Shown here piece after piece: positions 62,187 through 64,000 of a stretch of DNA of 64,000 bases (position 1 is its first letter; each line of letters begins with the position of its first letter). The stretch is taken from contig NC_045699.1 of NCBI RefSeq assembly GCF_009834535.1, positions 37,634,001 through 37,698,000 of the forward strand. The letters are read 5' to 3'. This DNA is from Camelus ferus. Its lineage: Eukaryota. The notes beneath the pieces are model-generated. The model ran no database searches and was not told the DNA's origin. It saw only the letters and a program-made list of their open reading frames with translations. The position numbers and the translations under genes are program-made.

Positions 62187-64000
62187 ATTCAGATCCACAA
62201 GATGGTGGGCTAGGGAGCCTGAGGTCCTCCTTCCCCCACAGAGACATTAAGTTAACAACAATGTATGTATAGACCAGAATACTTCTGGAAGAACTCTAGA
62301 AACCACTTAGAAGCTATAGCACTCAGGCCACTATAAAACCAAGATAGGATTCTAGTGACAAAAGTAGGAAAGTGTGATGTTTGGTGTCCCTATCCAATCA
62401 CTGACCTTCACTTATGCAGTACAGCATTAGGTAAATGAAAGGAAATCACTTACACACAGGGCTTCTCCTTTAGGATGGAAAAAAAATAGTGGACCAGGTG
62501 TTCAATGTTCTGGCTTGTCTAGGGGCTGCCTGGGAGACAGATTTCAGTCTCATCTGAACAGAGCACTGACAGAACCACTGTCAGAGCTTGAAAGCTGCTG
62601 ACTACCATTCTTTTATTTGAACTTGAAGGATTCCCAGGAACATTTTTATTAACATTAACAGAAGAATACAGCACATGTGAGATGAGGCTCTGCAAGCAGA
62701 TGTCTGAGGGAGATAGAGATGAGAAAAATTTTAAGAGATCCAAGTACTCACGGACCATCTGAGGGTTGAAATGATAGGTGAAGGTCTTCTCTCATAAAAA
62801 GCCAGTATGAGAAGATTAGGAAAGTTTTTTTTTTTTCCTAAATGCTTAAATCTTAGCAAAAAATTATAAGATATACAAAGAAACAGGGGAACATGACCTA
62901 TGAAAGAAACAAAATAAAACCCCAGAAACTAACTCTAAAGAAATACAGATCTATGAGCTGCCTGGCAAAGAATTTAAAATGTGTAATAAAGATGCTCAGT
63001 GAGCTAAAAGAAAACACAGATAAACAACTAAACAAAATCAGGAAAACTGTGCATGAACAAAATAAGAATATCAACAAAGTCACAGAAACTAAAAAAAAAA
63101 AGAACAAATTCTGATCTCAAAATAAAATAATTGAACTGAGAAATTCCTAAGTAGGTTTTAACAGCAGACTTGAAGAAAGAATCAAGGAATTTAAAGACAG
63201 GTCATTTAAAGTCATCTACTCAGAGGAGCAAAGAGAAAAAATAATAATAAAGAAAATCTAAAAGAGCCTAAGGGACTTGCAAGACACTATAAAGTAGTAT
63301 ATATGTATTATGGAAATGCCAGAAGGGGAAGAGAAAGAGAGAGAAAGGAACAGAGAGCAGATTTGAAGAAACAATAGCCCAAAACATGTCAAATCTGAAA
63401 GACTAAATAAACATATATATTTAAGAGCTCAAGGAACTCCAACTAGGTTAATCCAAAGAGAACCACAGCAAGACACAACCAAATTGTACTTTCAACTACG
63501 AAGAGAGAATCCTGAAAGCAGCAAGATAAAAGTGATTCATCGTATATGACAGAACTTCCACAGCAGAAATTTTACAGGCCAAAAGGGAGTTGACTCATAT
63601 ATTCAAAGTTCTGAAAGAAAAAAAAGAAAAATTCATCCAAGAATGCAAAACTATCCTTCAAAAATAAAGATGAAATTAAAACTTGTCCCCATAAAGAAAA
63701 GCTGATGTTGTACTCTACCACTAGACCTGTTATACAAAAAATGTTAATGGGAATCCTTCAAGTTCAAATAAAGAATGGTAGTCAGCAGACAAAGACATAT
63801 GAAAATATAATAAAGTTCTCTGGCAAAAATAAATATAGACAAATATAGTAACCTGTACTTCTAAATAAATATAGTAACATGTACTACTATAATTTTGATG
63901 TATAGAATTTAAATGACAAACTTTTAAAATAACTATAAACCTATTTTAATGAATGTACAGTGTATACAATGTACTTTGGGACAGCAATAAAATAAAAAGA
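62187..64000 (+). mobile_element. L1M-type LINE 5' portion: 5'UTR, decayed ORF1 and inter-ORF region (continues beyond window)
   Basis: Starts with the caagatgg 5' motif. The ORF1 relic reads IKMLSELKENTDKQLNKIRKTVHEQNKNINK, followed by further ORF1-like segments (gaatcctgaaagcagcaag; caaaactatccttcaaaaataaag). Confidence 0.85.
62893..63780 (+). pseudogene. Frameshifted L1 ORF1p remnant
   Basis: ORF-track peptide 62893-63114 resembles the L1 ORF1 coiled-coil region; stops and frameshifts follow. Confidence 0.8.

Noticed and set aside
62893-63114. 73-aa ORF as a host gene
   Set aside because: It is the L1 ORF1 remnant.
1-64000. CRISPR arrays, operons, rRNA, recognisable miRNA/snoRNA or a named protein-coding gene
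   Set aside because: Mammalian repeat-rich DNA. I saw no spacer-separated repeats and no sequence I could match to a known RNA gene or protein, so no gene symbol is assigned.

Overview
Mammalian genomic DNA, AT-rich and CpG-poor (roughly one-third GC by eye, not computed), with two assembly gaps (10398-10741, 24407-24586). A tRNA-Ala-derived SINE at 1495-1643 looks like the camelid Vic-1 type, so the source is probably a camel or alpaca. I could not recognise any protein-coding gene. The ORF-track entries are short, often repeat- or gap-derived, and carry no domain I recognise, so the window is most likely a long intron or a gene desert. The best-supported content is transposon relics: L1 3' ends and a 5'UTR+ORF1 piece, L2, CR1/L3, MIR, MaLR/ERVL LTRs and MER5A. 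Microsatellites are also present; subfamily names are from recall, not RepeatMasker. Candidates worth checking are: (i) plus-strand splice architecture at 43.4-46.0 kb, with a 21-nt microexon candidate and a strong AG|GTAAGT recursive-splice-like site behind a CpG-enriched, motif-rich region; (ii) a promoter-like/smORF module at 15.5-16.1 kb; (iii) a frame-symmetric 69-nt minus-strand exon candidate; (iv) a perfect 25-bp AT-rich inverted repeat; and (v) a twin-priming (5'-inverted) L1 insertion. None of these establishes a new biological system from sequence alone. All splice and TF-motif calls are hypotheses, because such motifs arise by chance in 64 kb.
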